A stretch of DNA of 64,000 nucleotides from Patescibacteria group bacterium. Lineage in GTDB: Bacteria > Patescibacteriota > Patescibacteriia > Magasanikbacterales > GWA2-37-8. The translations under genes were made by a program, and so were the position numbers. The notes beneath the pieces are model-generated. The model saw nothing but the letters and a program-made list of their open reading frames with translations. It did no database searches and had not been told where the DNA came from. Of the stretch, positions 39,466-49,796 are shown piece by piece (the stretch's first letter is position 1; the number at the start of each line of letters is the position of its first letter). The DNA is taken from the NCBI GenBank assembly GCA_041651015.1, contig JBAZKA010000004.1, forward strand, positions 1,010 to 65,009. The letters are read 5' to 3'.

Positions 39466-41925
39466 TTATCCCCTAACTTCGGCACCCAAAACCTTGAGCG
39501 CCTTATTCACTTTTGCCATTACTTCGTCAATTTCCGAAGTATTCAACGTGCGCTCGGCGTGCGCGAGAGTCAGGCGATAAGCCAAACTTTTTTTGTCCGC
39601 GCTAATTTTTTCTCCCTCATAGACATCAAACAATTCCGCGTTCTTTATCAAAGCATCCGCGCCTTGAATGGCGGATATAATTTTTTCATGAGCGACGCTT
39701 TTGTCCGCCGTGAACGCAATGTCGCGCGTCACTTCCGGAAACAACGGCAACTTTTGATACGCAAGGGGTTCAGCCTCTTTTCTCGCCTCATCAAGCGCGT
39801 CAATATTTAATTCTAAAATCGCGGTCCGGACAGATAAATTAAAATTAGCGGACACGGACGGTTCAACTTCATAAATTGCGCCAACGACTTTGTCATCAAT
39901 TTTTATTTCGCCCGAACGAGTCGGATGCTGCCATGATTTTGTTTCGGATTTTTTAATTACAAAAGTTAAGCTCAATTCCTCGCAAATTCTTTCCAATACG
40001 GCCAGCGCCGAATTATACGGTTTATCGTTTTTCTTTTCTGCCGCCACAAACGTTAAATAATTTTCCTGCCGCGGCAACAACTCCGAACCATTCAAATTAG
40101 CTCTGACGCCGGCCAGTTCGGGGGTGAAAATTTTTCCAATTTCAAAAATTTTAATCGCGTCAAAATACTCAATATTCTTCACAACGTTTTCCAGTAAATT
40201 CGGCAAAAGAGAACGGCGCAAAAGCGGTTTTTCCTTAGAGAGCGGATTATCCAGCTCCAGATACTCGGCGCCGTCTCTCATTTTTTCTTTTTGTTCTCGG
40301 CTAACAAAAGAATAGTTGTAAATTTCCGAGGCGCGCATATCCCGCACCAAAACGTCACGGAGCAAATGTTCCAACGCGCGAATATTGTTTGTCGCAGGCG
40401 GGGCGATGGACATATCCGGCAAAGCCGATTTTAAATTTTCATAACCGTAAATTCTGGCCACTTCCTCCACCAAATCCTCAGCCATGCTCACATCTTTGGT
40501 AGCGCGCCAAGTCGGAATTTTGACCGACCATTTGTCGCCCTTGTCCGAGAGTTCAAAACCTAATTGAGCCAAAATTTTTACAATTTGTTTGGCTGGAATT
40601 TCTTCGCCTAATTTTTTGGCAAAAATGTTTTTTTCAATGCTGATCGGCCCGGTGGCAACGGTAAAGTGCTTTTCATCAACCAGCGCTTCAACTTTAGCGG
40701 AACGACAAGTTTCCCCTAATAATTCCACGGCTTTGTTCAACGCGTCATTACATAAGTTCGGGTCCAAACTTTTTTCAAAACGCGCCGATGAATCCGTGCG
40801 CAAGCTGTGGCGAATAGAGCTCTTACGGATGGATGAAGCATTAAAGGTCGCGGCCTCAAAAATTATTGTTTCGGTTTTATCGTTAATACCGCTATATTCC
40901 CCGCCCATGATACCGGCCAAAGCCAACGGTTTTTCGCTATCGGCAATAACCAAATCTTCTACTGATAATTCAATTTTATTTCCGTCAAGCAAAGTAAGAA
41001 ATTCACCCGGCTCGGCTTTTCTCACAATTATGCTTGTCAGTTGCTTATTGTTGACGGCCAATTGCTTTGCGTCAAATGCGTGCATGGGCTCGCCCAAATC
41101 CACCATCACGTAATTGGTGATATCCACGACATTATTTATCGGACGAATTCCAACCGCAGACAAACGTGCTTTCAGCCAATCCGGCGACTCGCCAATTTTT
41201 ATTCCGGATACAACCACGGCCATATAGCGCGGGCATAAATTTTTATCTTTTATTTCCACGGCCAAAGATACTGCGGATTTTTTGGCCGGCTTAATCGGTT
41301 TGGTCTTGTAATCCTTGATATTTTTGCCAAACAAAACCGCGACTTCGCGCGCAATTCCGTAATGACCCCACAAATCCGGACGATTACTGAGGGATTTATT
41401 ATCAATTTCCAAAATCGCGTCATCTAAATTCAAAATCTCGGCCAAGGGCTTGCCCACGGTCTCTTCCGCCACCACATCGGTCAAATCCACAATCTCGTGG
41501 TCGTCCTTGGGCGGAAACATTTCAGCGAGTCCAATTTCACTCGCCCCGCAAATCATACCAAATGACTCCACGTTTCTGATTTTGGCCGGCTCAAGCGTGA
41601 TTGGTTCGCCTTCGCCGTGCCATTTAACTTTGGCCCCGACTTTGGCCAAAGCCACCAGCATCCCCTCCCGCACATTGGAACCGCCGCAGACAATTTGTAA
41701 TCTTTCATTGCCGACACTCACTTGGCATAATTTTAATTTGTCCGCTTGCGGATGTTTCTCGGCCGACACAACCTTGCCCACCACCACATTGCCAAGCAGC
41801 GCGCCGGCATGTTCAATTCCCTCCACTTCCACCGTGGATAATTTTAATTTTTCCGCCACTTCTTCGGCGCTGACCGAATCCGGCAAATTCACATATTGTT
41901 TGAGCCAATTGAAGGAAATGTTCAT
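39466..41925 (-). CDS. pheT: Phenylalanine-tRNA ligase beta subunit
   Basis: HPQADKL, QIVCGG, NRPDL, RFEK, DLVEEVARIYGY, FDX-ACB. Confidence 0.98.
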   Translation of the reverse strand: MNISFNWLKQYVNLPDSVSAEEVAEKLKLSTVEVEGIEHAGALLGNVVVGKVVSAEKHPQADKLKLCQVSVGNERLQIVCGGSNVREGMLVALAKVGAKVKWHGEGEPITLEPAKIRNVESFGMICGASEIGLAEMFPPKDDHEIVDLTDVVAEETVGKPLAEILNLDDAILEIDNKSLSNRPDLWGHYGIAREVAVLFGKNIKDYKTKPIKPAKKSAVSLAVEIKDKNLCPRYMAVVVSGIKIGESPDWLKARLSAVGIRPINNVVDITNYVMVDLGEPMHAFDAKQLAVNNKQLTSIIVRKAEPGEFLTLLDGNKIELSVEDLVIADSEKPLALAGIMGGEYSGINDKTETIIFEAATFNASSIRKSSIRHSLRTDSSARFEKSLDPNLCNDALNKAVELLGETCRSAKVEALVDEKHFTVATGPISIEKNIFAKKLGEEIPAKQIVKILAQLGFELSDKGDKWSVKIPTWRATKDVSMAEDLVEEVARIYGYENLKSALPDMSIAPPATNNIRALEHLLRDVLVRDMRASEIYNYSFVSREQKEKMRDGAEYLELDNPLSKEKPLLRRSLLPNLLENVVKNIEYFDAIKIFEIGKIFTPELAGVRANLNGSELLPRQENYLTFVAAEKKNDKPYNSALAVLERICEELSLTFVIKKSETKSWQHPTRSGEIKIDDKVVGAIYEVEPSVSANFNLSVRTAILELNIDALDEARKEAEPLAYQKLPLFPEVTRDIAFTADKSVAHEKIISAIQGADALIKNAELFDVYEGEKISADKKSLAYRLTLAHAERTLNTSEIDEVMAKVNKALKVLGAEVRG

Positions 41926-41926
41926 A

Positions 41927-42958
41927 TTAAAATTGTTTTATGAAGCGTAAATCTCCGCTCTCCATCAAACGCACATCATCAATGCTGTATTTCATCATGG
42001 CCAATCGGGACAAACCAAAACCAAAGGCAAATCCTTGGTAAACTTTCGGGTCAATTCCGCCCTCTTTCAAAACATTGGGGTGAATCATGCCAGCGCCAAA
42101 AATTTCCATCCAACCGGTATGCTTGCACACCCGGCAACCCGAGCCGGCGCAAAGCGAACAAGTCACCTCGCCGTTCACGCCCGGCTCCACGAACGGATAA
42201 AATTTCGGACGCAAACGAACTTCTGTGTTGGGGCCAAACAAATGTCTGGCCACTGTTTCCAACACGCCTTTCATATGCGCCAAGGTCAAATTTTTATCCA
42301 CGGCAAAACCCTCCAGCTGATAAAACGTGTGTTCATGCCGAGCATCCGTGGATTCGTTGCGAAAACATTTACCCGGCACAATCACGCGCAGAGGGGCGCC
42401 GTGTTCGCGCATGGCTCGGACCTGGACAGCTGAAGTTTGCGTGCGCATCACCCAGGCCGGATGATCTTTTACATAAAAAGTATCTTGGGTATCGCGCGCC
42501 GGATGGTCGGCTGGAATATTTATGGAAGTAAAATTAAAATAATCACTTTCCAACTCCGGGCCATCGGCAATTATAAATCCCATTTTAGAAAACAACTCTT
42601 CAATTGACCTCTGCACAATCGTGTTCGGATGAAAATGTCCGCGTTCATTTTTGGGCAGGGCGGGCGCGGACAAATCAATTGCTTCCGCAGCAAACATTTT
42701 TTCCGCGTCTTTGGCGCCAAGCACGGAGCGCTTTTCAGCGACAGCTTGTTCCAGCGCGATTTTCACTTCATTGGCCAAAGCGCCGATTGTCTTTTTTTCT
42801 TCCAACGGCAAATCTTTCAAGCCTTTCATTAGTTCGGTCAGCTCGCCAGCCTTGCGTCCGAGAATTTTATTTTCAATTTCCTCCAAATCCGCTAAACCAG
42901 CCGCGCCGGCAATGGTCGAAAGGGTGGTTTTTTTTAATTGAGTAAGTTTTTCTTGCAT
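41927..42958 (-). CDS. pheS: Phenylalanine-tRNA ligase alpha subunit
   Basis: HPARDTQDTFY, YPFVEP, GFAFGFGLSR. Confidence 0.98.
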   Translation of the reverse strand: MQEKLTQLKKTTLSTIAGAAGLADLEEIENKILGRKAGELTELMKGLKDLPLEEKKTIGALANEVKIALEQAVAEKRSVLGAKDAEKMFAAEAIDLSAPALPKNERGHFHPNTIVQRSIEELFSKMGFIIADGPELESDYFNFTSINIPADHPARDTQDTFYVKDHPAWVMRTQTSAVQVRAMREHGAPLRVIVPGKCFRNESTDARHEHTFYQLEGFAVDKNLTLAHMKGVLETVARHLFGPNTEVRLRPKFYPFVEPGVNGEVTCSLCAGSGCRVCKHTGWMEIFGAGMIHPNVLKEGGIDPKVYQGFAFGFGLSRLAMMKYSIDDVRLMESGDLRFIKQF

Positions 42959-42986
42959 AAATTAAATTATTAACTTTGTAAGGGAT

Positions 42987-43084
42987 CTCCCTCCCCTTTT
43001 AGGGGAGGGGCAAGGGGTGGGGTTAAAAATCATCGCTTAACCCGATACCCCCACCTCTATCCTCCCCCTAATAGGGGGAGGAGG
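42987..43084. repeat. Paired inverted CTCCCC..GGGGAG REP-like doublet
   Basis: ccctcccc-tttta-ggggaggggcaaggggtgggg and an inverted partner ccccacctctatcctcccc...gggggaggagg. Confidence 0.75.
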
Positions 43085-43093
43085 ACGCCAAAC

Positions 43094-44275
43094 CTAAAAT
43101 ATTTTCTTAAAAAATTCAACAAATACGCCCCTGAATGTTCCGAGGTCGCGTACTGTCACCACCACCACGAGTATCATCAGTAATATAAAGCCGATCGCAT
43201 GCGCTCGTTGTTCGTATTTGGCAAAATTAATTCTTTTAAATTTATTGAGCACCAAAAACAATAACCGCCCACCGTCCAGAGCCGGCAAAGGTAAGATATT
43301 TATTACCGCCAAATTCAAAGATAAAATCGCGGTGAATTGCATCAAATAAATAAAACCCATCTCGGCCACTTGGCCGGTCATCACCGCAATGCCAATCGGG
43401 CCGGAAACCGCATCGCCCGCGCCCTTGCCGGCAAAAAGTCCGGCGATGAGCAAAGCAAAGGCGACAAAAATTTCTTTAATATAAACAAAAGTGTCAATAA
43501 ATCCGCGCCAAAGCGCTTGGTACCACACATATCTGATTGTGCCAATTTCGGCAATGCTCACGCCAATTCCGCCTTTGCCCGTATCCTCGTAAATAATCGG
43601 GGTAATTTTTTTCTCCAAAGTTTCATCACCGCGTTTAATGACAAACGTAATGGCTTCGGTTTTATGCGCATCAACATAATCTTGCATTTCGGATAAACGC
43701 GGCTCAACCAAATTTCCCACCTGCAAAATTTTATCATCACTTTTAATTCCGGCGAGCTCGGCCGGTTTACCGGCCAGCACGCCCATGATGGTAATGGAAC
43801 GATCAGTTACTTTGCTCACATCTTCCACACCATCCACCATGGTTGGCAATCCCACCATATAACTCGCGGATAATAAAACTCCGGCCAAAACAATGTTCAT
43901 GGTGACACCGGCTACAATCATAACCGCTTTTTTCCAGGTCTTGGCCATAATAAACGAATCCGGGTCAGTACTGTCTTTCTCTTCGCCTTTTACCCGCACA
44001 AATCCGCCAATCGGAATCCAGTTGATAGAATAAATCGTCCCACAACGCCAGCCATCCGGAGTTAATTCTTCGGTATTTTCCACATTGCCCCAAATTACGC
44101 GCCATTTTTTTTCATTACCGCGTACCAACCGTTGGATACCCACGGCGCGCGGCGGAAAACCAAAGCCAAATTCATAAACCCGCATCCCGCTTTTACGCGC
44201 GGCAATAAAATGCCCGAACTCATGAGAGAGGACAAGGACGCCGAGAACTAAGATGAAAATAATAATTGTTGTCAT
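43094..44275 (-). CDS. rseP: RIP metalloprotease (M50, PDZ)
   Basis: HEFGH, PDZ, NILPLPALDGG. Confidence 0.95.
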   Translation of the reverse strand: MTTIIIFILVLGVLVLSHEFGHFIAARKSGMRVYEFGFGFPPRAVGIQRLVRGNEKKWRVIWGNVENTEELTPDGWRCGTIYSINWIPIGGFVRVKGEEKDSTDPDSFIMAKTWKKAVMIVAGVTMNIVLAGVLLSASYMVGLPTMVDGVEDVSKVTDRSITIMGVLAGKPAELAGIKSDDKILQVGNLVEPRLSEMQDYVDAHKTEAITFVIKRGDETLEKKITPIIYEDTGKGGIGVSIAEIGTIRYVWYQALWRGFIDTFVYIKEIFVAFALLIAGLFAGKGAGDAVSGPIGIAVMTGQVAEMGFIYLMQFTAILSLNLAVINILPLPALDGGRLLFLVLNKFKRINFAKYEQRAHAIGFILLMILVVVVTVRDLGTFRGVFVEFFKKIF

Positions 44276-44358
44276 AAATATGCTTTACATTCCTCTCCAA
44301 ACGAGTATAATAAATAAACAGCGGTTAAACTTAATTAACCTCTAAATTAATACAAAGT

Positions 44359-44925
44359 ATGACTGTAGTTTATATCATCATTGGTGTTTTGGCAATAGTC
44401 GCCATTTGGTTGATTGCCACGTATAATGGCTTAATTAAAAGCAAAAATCAGGTGGATGAAGCCTTTTCAGATATTGACGTTCAATTGAAACGCCGTTATG
44501 ACTTAATTCCCAATTTGGTGGAAACAGTCAAGGGCTATATGACCCACGAGCAAGGCACTTTGGTCAAATTGACCGAAGCCCGCGCCTCGGCCATGCAGGT
44601 CCACGATAATAAAAACGCCACCCTGGCCGAACGCGAGGCCGCAGAAAATACTTTATCCGGAACTTTGAAATCTTTATTTGCGGTGACGGAAAATTATCCA
44701 GACCTCAAAGCCAGCCAAAATTTCTTGCAATTGCAGGATGAAATTTCCGACACGGAAAATAAAATTCAGGCTTCACGCCGATTTTACAATGGTAATGTTC
44801 GCGATTTCAACACCAAAATTCAGGTCTTCCCCACCAACATGATTGCCAACTCGCTCAAATTTGTGAAATACGATTTCTTTCAGGCGGCCGACGGCGAAAA
44901 GCAAAACGTGCAGGTGAAATTCTAA
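44359..44925 (+). CDS. lemA: LemA family protein
   Basis: IDVQLKRRYDLIPNLV, ENYPDLKA. Confidence 0.97.
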   Translation: MTVVYIIIGVLAIVAIWLIATYNGLIKSKNQVDEAFSDIDVQLKRRYDLIPNLVETVKGYMTHEQGTLVKLTEARASAMQVHDNKNATLAEREAAENTLSGTLKSLFAVTENYPDLKASQNFLQLQDEISDTENKIQASRRFYNGNVRDFNTKIQVFPTNMIANSLKFVKYDFFQAADGEKQNVQVKF

Positions 44926-44929
44926 TATA

Positions 44930-45423
44930 ATGTACGAAATACGAAAGCTACGAAAAGTACGAAAAAATAAATTCAAATTATGGAGGGGCAACATCAATTA
45001 AGACGCATGGATTTATTATATCCGGACTTATCTTATATAATTAACGGAATTTTATTTAGTGTCTATAGACAACTTGGCGGCGGTCACAAAGAATCATATT
45101 ACCAAAAAGCCGTCGCTACTGCTTTACGGGACAAGGGCATTAAATTTGTTGAACAATACTATGTTCCGCTTAAATATAACAATCAGATCGTTGGAAAATA
45201 TTACTTGGACTTTTTGATTGAAGATAAAATAGTATTGGAATTAAAACGAGGAAAATATCTCGTGGCAAAAGTAATTGATCAAACAAATCAATATTTAAAA
45301 ACTCTTAATCTCCAACTCGCAATTATCGCCTGTTTTACCTACACAGGAGTTACTCCAAAAAGAATAATAAATATAAATAATCATTAACTTTCGTAATTTT
45401 CGTAGCTTTCGTATTTCGCACAT
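44930..45423. mobile_element. Putative GxxExxY-nuclease element bounded by 35-bp inverted repeats
   Basis: 44930-44964 and 45389-45423 match as reverse complements at 33/35; sits between lemA and htpX. Confidence 0.7.
44980..45387 (+). CDS. GxxExxY protein (PD-(D/E)XK nuclease fold)
   Basis: GHKESYY motif, LDFLIEDKIVLELK, Q...YLK. Confidence 0.93.
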   Translation: MEGQHQLRRMDLLYPDLSYIINGILFSVYRQLGGGHKESYYQKAVATALRDKGIKFVEQYYVPLKYNNQIVGKYYLDFLIEDKIVLELKRGKYLVAKVIDQTNQYLKTLNLQLAIIACFTYTGVTPKRIININNH

Positions 45424-45428
45424 AAAAT

Positions 45429-46328
45429 ATGTACTCTGAAATTTCCTCCAACAAAAGAAAATCAGTTTTGCTCGCGTGTATTTTTATCGCCATCATTATT
45501 TTCCTCGGCTGGATTTTTGACTATATTTATGGCGGGGGGCAAAGCTATAGCGGTATGATTTTTGCGATTCTTATCGCCCTTGTCATGACCATGATCTCAT
45601 ATTTTTCCGGAGACAAAATCGCTCTGGCCACGACCGGCGCCAAAGAAATTCAGCACGACGATAATAAATATTTATTTCACCTGGTGGAGAATCTTTGTAT
45701 CACCGCCGGCACGCCCATGCCGAAAATTTATGTAATTAATGACCCGGCCATAAACGCTTTTGCCACGGGGCGCGACCCCAAACACGCGTCCATCGCCGTA
45801 ACCGCGGGTGCTCTGCAAAAATTAACCAACGAAGAACTGGAAGGCGTAATTGCCCACGAATTATCCCATGTCAAAAATTATGACATCCGTTTTATGATGC
45901 TGGTCGCGGTTATGGTCGGGGCCATTTCCATTTTCGCCGACATCATGCTCCGCTCGGGCGGAATTTTCCGCGGCGGACGTGACAATGACCGCGAAGGCGG
46001 GTCGTCGCTTTTCGCGATTCTCATGATTGTCGGGATTATCCTCGCAATTTTGTCGCCAGTAATCGCTGAATTGATCAAACTGGCCATTTCGCGCAAACGC
46101 GAATATCTGGCCGATGCGTCGGGCGCTCTGCTCACCCGCTATCCCGAAGGGCTGGCCAGTGCTTTGCAAAAAATCGGCGATGAGAATCAGCCGATGAAAA
46201 AATCTTCTTCAGCCACGGCGCATTTATTTATTGCCAGCCCGTTTAGCGGAAAAAAATTAAAGAGTATATTTTCCACCCATCCACCCATTGAAGATAGGAT
46301 AAATAAATTACGGATGATGGGGAATTAA
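45429..46328 (+). CDS. htpX: Zinc metalloprotease HtpX (M48)
   Basis: NAFATG, HELSH, SRKREYLAD, STHPP. Confidence 0.96.
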   Translation: MYSEISSNKRKSVLLACIFIAIIIFLGWIFDYIYGGGQSYSGMIFAILIALVMTMISYFSGDKIALATTGAKEIQHDDNKYLFHLVENLCITAGTPMPKIYVINDPAINAFATGRDPKHASIAVTAGALQKLTNEELEGVIAHELSHVKNYDIRFMMLVAVMVGAISIFADIMLRSGGIFRGGRDNDREGGSSLFAILMIVGIILAILSPVIAELIKLAISRKREYLADASGALLTRYPEGLASALQKIGDENQPMKKSSSATAHLFIASPFSGKKLKSIFSTHPPIEDRINKLRMMGN

Positions 46329-46404
46329 AAAATGTAAAAAAAATTGGCGAAGTCCGCAGATGGAACTCGCCTTTTATGTTTGCGGGTTTAAGAAAGAACT
46401 CGGA

Positions 46405-46608
46405 TTATAGTCTTCTCACCGCGTGGAGAATATCGTCATCCCACGTGTCCACTGGGTCATCATCGCTGTCGCGATAGATGTCCTCGGACACATTCGGAAT
46501 CGCGTCGAACAGGTTATGTTCGGCCGCCCGCGTCAAGTGGCCTCTCCACCCCAGATCATTCATCGGCCTTACTTTTGCGCGCGCGTCATTCGCAGATTTT
46601 TCTCCCAT
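46405..46608 (-). CDS. Hypothetical small acidic protein
   Basis: GAGGAGG SD; 67 aa. Confidence 0.55.
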   Translation of the reverse strand: MGEKSANDARAKVRPMNDLGWRGHLTRAAEHNLFDAIPNVSEDIYRDSDDDPVDTWDDDILHAVRRL

Positions 46609-46632
46609 CTCACCCCTCCTCTTAACGCGGAA

Positions 46633-46866
46633 TCATTTTTCCGCGGTTGTTGAACCGCAGAGCATCATGGAAACGATCTTCTCTGCGCTGGGAATCCCCA
46701 ACAGATTACTTGCAATCCGCATTATTTCAGCGAGAGAAGCCCTTGCTGACGATGTGTCCGGAACAACGCTCCGCACCGGCAGTAAAACCGGTTGTCTCAA
46801 AACGATCCGGCCATGGGCGCCCCGATATTTACCGTGACCAGAAGACAAGTTTTGTCTTTTTCCCAT
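46633..46866 (-). CDS. Hypothetical small protein
   Basis: ATG 46866 after GAGGAGG; TTGACA-17 nt-TAAATT upstream. Confidence 0.5.
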   Translation of the reverse strand: MGKRQNLSSGHGKYRGAHGRIVLRQPVLLPVRSVVPDTSSARASLAEIMRIASNLLGIPSAEKIVSMMLCGSTTAEK

Positions 46867-47032
46867 TTGCGTCCCTCCTCTTTTTTGTTTTGCAAACAAG
46901 AGTCAATTTATCACATTTTAGTATAGCTGTCAATCCAGTAGAATGCCTACGGCCTCTACTGGACAAACAAAAACACCCGCCAATGAGGCGAGTGCCCAAA
47001 ACATTCCCAATCTAAGTTTGTTTATTATCTAA

Positions 47033-47527
47033 TCATTTTTCTTCATCGGAACCGACAACCAAGATCTTTCCGTTAACACGGATAATGACTGATTCGCGCA
47101 AAAAAATATTTAAATCTGTTGGCACGAGACCCCTTTTTTCAATTCCCGCATCAGTAATTGATACTTTCCAAATCGGAATAGTCGGTTTCCATTTATCCGG
47201 ATCAATTTCTTCCGGGGCTAAATTATAATTATCGCCATCTCTCCGAATAAATATGCGCTGTCCGCTTCTGGATGATACAGTGATATTTCTCGGCATTTCT
47301 ACCGGCCAATCTTTCATGTCCGGCGGATTCTTTATATGCCGACCGGGCTCCACCAATTCATCGCCTCCGGCGATTTTTTTATAATTCCGCTCTGCTTTTG
47401 CCCACAAATTTTCCAAAGTCGTCAAAATCATGCGCGCCTCGCGTTCGCGGGATTCTCCCGCTTCCCTATCATTCAATTTTGCCAACTCCTCCGGTGACAG
47501 TGGCGGAATTGATTCTTTTTCGGACAT
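47033..47527 (-). CDS. Hypothetical protein
   Basis: Tightly packed in a minus-strand gene run. Confidence 0.7.
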   Translation of the reverse strand: MSEKESIPPLSPEELAKLNDREAGESREREARMILTTLENLWAKAERNYKKIAGGDELVEPGRHIKNPPDMKDWPVEMPRNITVSSRSGQRIFIRRDGDNYNLAPEEIDPDKWKPTIPIWKVSITDAGIEKRGLVPTDLNIFLRESVIIRVNGKILVVGSDEEK

Positions 47528-47533
47528 ATAAAA

Positions 47534-47878
47534 TTATTTTTTCTTCGGGCGGATTCGTCCGCGCACTACCGCGCCGAATAATTTATCAAATACCCGGACT
47601 TTGCGCACGGTATTGCGTTCGTTTTTAAGATACACCTCGCCTTCAAAACGGTCAATTTTGGTCACAATGTATTCAAAAGCGCGCATGTCCTCGCCGAGTT
47701 TGGCTTTATAAACATTTTTTAATTTAATCCCAGCGGTTTTTATCCGGTCGGCTATCTTTTGCTTCATCTCGTTCGCGACATCAACTAAGCCGTCTGCCAC
47801 TTTGCCAAAGGCGTCAGCCCGGCGTTTCTGCCAAGCACTGTCTTTGTTGCCTATTTTTCTGTGTTGTTTGATGGACAT
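47534..47878 (-). CDS. Hypothetical basic protein
   Basis: Tightly packed in a minus-strand gene run. Confidence 0.65.
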   Translation of the reverse strand: MSIKQHRKIGNKDSAWQKRRADAFGKVADGLVDVANEMKQKIADRIKTAGIKLKNVYKAKLGEDMRAFEYIVTKIDRFEGEVYLKNERNTVRKVRVFDKLFGAVVRGRIRPKKK

Positions 47879-47909
47879 AATCTTATTACTTAGTAATTAA
47901 CAAAAATTT

Positions 47910-48356
47910 TTAACAATTTGGCGGTTGATGACCAAATTTATTGCGATATATTTTAATATCGGTCGCGCTCGGCAAGGTCAGTTGATAATTTTCCACTTCA
48001 CACAATTCAATCCATTTTATTCCCGTACATTTTTCCGGTTCCATTATCTTCGGCTCGCCGAATTTATGCCGCGCGATAAAAGTGGGCGAAACCCAATGTT
48101 GTTTTTCTTCGGGCAAAATATGATCAATCACCTCCAGTAATTCTAAAATTTCAATTTCCATGTCAAACTCCTCTCTAATCTCTCTCATAATAGCGTCAAC
48201 GCATTTTTCTCCATGTTCAACCGAACCGCCGGGAAAATCCCACTTGCCGGCCTCGTTCCTGGCTTTGGGCCCGCGTTGAGCAATAAACACTTGTCCGCGG
48301 TCATTAAAAATAATTGCGCCCGTACCCACGCCGATATAATCAATTCCTTTTTGCAT
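47910..48356 (-). CDS. NUDIX hydrolase
   Basis: GGSVEHGE...REIREE Nudix box. Confidence 0.93.
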   Translation of the reverse strand: MQKGIDYIGVGTGAIIFNDRGQVFIAQRGPKARNEAGKWDFPGGSVEHGEKCVDAIMREIREEFDMEIEILELLEVIDHILPEEKQHWVSPTFIARHKFGEPKIMEPEKCTGIKWIELCEVENYQLTLPSATDIKIYRNKFGHQPPNC

Positions 48357-48358
48357 AA

Positions 48359-49717
48359 TTATTCTCTAATAATACTACTCACTTCATCGGTTTTTTCTTT
48401 CATCACTGCTTCGCTCCGCGCTTCCAAATTCAAACGCACCAAAGACTCGGTATTGGAACCACGCACGTTAAACCAAAAATCCGGATAGGTAAAAGTCAAA
48501 CCGTCTAAATCATTTATTTCGGCATCGGAAAATTTTTCTTTGAGCCGGGTAAAAACTTTTTCCTTGTCCGCGCCTTTAAAATTTATTTCACCAGAATGAA
48601 AATATTTTTTGAGCGGTCGCGCGTAATCGGCGAGAGATAAATTCGTCTCGGATAATTCCAAAAGTAATTTCATTATAACAACCATCGGCGCTTCATAAAC
48701 TCCGTGCGGAAATTTCACGAAAAAATGTCCGGATGATTCACCTCCAAACACCGCGCTGGTTTCAATCATTTGTTTTTTAATGAGTGAATGTCCCACACGC
48801 GTCACGCTCGGGATTCCGCCGTTCTCGCGAATCATATCCTCGGTGATTTTACCCGGCCGGATGTCATAGCAAACGGTCGCTCCGGGATTGTCGCGCAAAA
48901 ATATTTTGGCCATAATCCCGCGCAAAATCGCGGGTTCCAACATGCTTCCCTCGTTGTCAATAAAAAATATCCGGTCGCCGTCGCCATCAGTAGCAATGCC
49001 CAAATCCGCACCCTCGGCCAACACGCGCTTTTTCAAATCCGCTGTATTTTCCTCTTGAAACGGGTCGGCCTGATGCGCCGGAAAAGTTCCATCCAAGGCA
49101 AAATTCATTTTGATGAGTTCCACTTGGGGCAAGTCCGCGAATAATTTTTCCAAATAATCCGCGCCCATGGCATTGGCCGTGTCCACCACAATTTTGAATT
49201 TCTTTATTTTGGATAAATCAATCCCCTGTTCTTCGTATTTCACTTGTTCATCCGTAATTCCATCGTATTTCTTTATTATTCCTTTTTCGGCCGGTTCAAC
49301 TGCTGTAAAATTCTCCACTTCTGATTGCAATTCTTCCATGCCACAGCCTGCGCCAAACGGCACGGCGCTCTCGCGCGTGATTTTGATACCATTGTATTCT
49401 TTGGGATTGTGCGAGGCCGAGATAATCATCCCGCCATCGGCTTTAAGTTCGCAAACCGCGAAATAAAAAGTCGGTGTGGAAGCTAGGCCGATATCAATCA
49501 CGTCCGCGCCTTGGTCAATCAACCCGCGGATCAAGGCTTCGCTCAAACCTGGCGATGACAAACGCATGTCGCGTCCGGCCACGATTATTATTTTTTCTTT
49601 TTGCAATTCTTTTTGGCGCATTTGGGCAAAAGCGCGCGCGGTTTTGTAGGCAATATCCTCGGTCAATTCCGTGCCATAAATTCCGCGGATATCATAGGCT
49701 TTAAAAATGTTGGACAT
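48359..49717 (-). CDS. Phosphomannomutase/phosphoglucomutase
   Basis: FKAYDIRG, SASHNP, DGDGDR, GESSGH; start moved to ATG 49717. Confidence 0.95.
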   Translation of the reverse strand: MSNIFKAYDIRGIYGTELTEDIAYKTARAFAQMRQKELQKEKIIIVAGRDMRLSSPGLSEALIRGLIDQGADVIDIGLASTPTFYFAVCELKADGGMIISASHNPKEYNGIKITRESAVPFGAGCGMEELQSEVENFTAVEPAEKGIIKKYDGITDEQVKYEEQGIDLSKIKKFKIVVDTANAMGADYLEKLFADLPQVELIKMNFALDGTFPAHQADPFQEENTADLKKRVLAEGADLGIATDGDGDRIFFIDNEGSMLEPAILRGIMAKIFLRDNPGATVCYDIRPGKITEDMIRENGGIPSVTRVGHSLIKKQMIETSAVFGGESSGHFFVKFPHGVYEAPMVVIMKLLLELSETNLSLADYARPLKKYFHSGEINFKGADKEKVFTRLKEKFSDAEINDLDGLTFTYPDFWFNVRGSNTESLVRLNLEARSEAVMKEKTDEVSSIIRE

Positions 49718-49796
49718 AACGTGTTTTTTCTTTACATTAAGGTAATTTTTTGCTATAAATACTATAGCAAATATAAATTGAAATAGCAAAAAAATT

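Noticed and set aside
42960-43093. T-box leader upstream of pheS
   Set aside because: Too short, no T-box consensus visible, and occupied by a REP-like doublet
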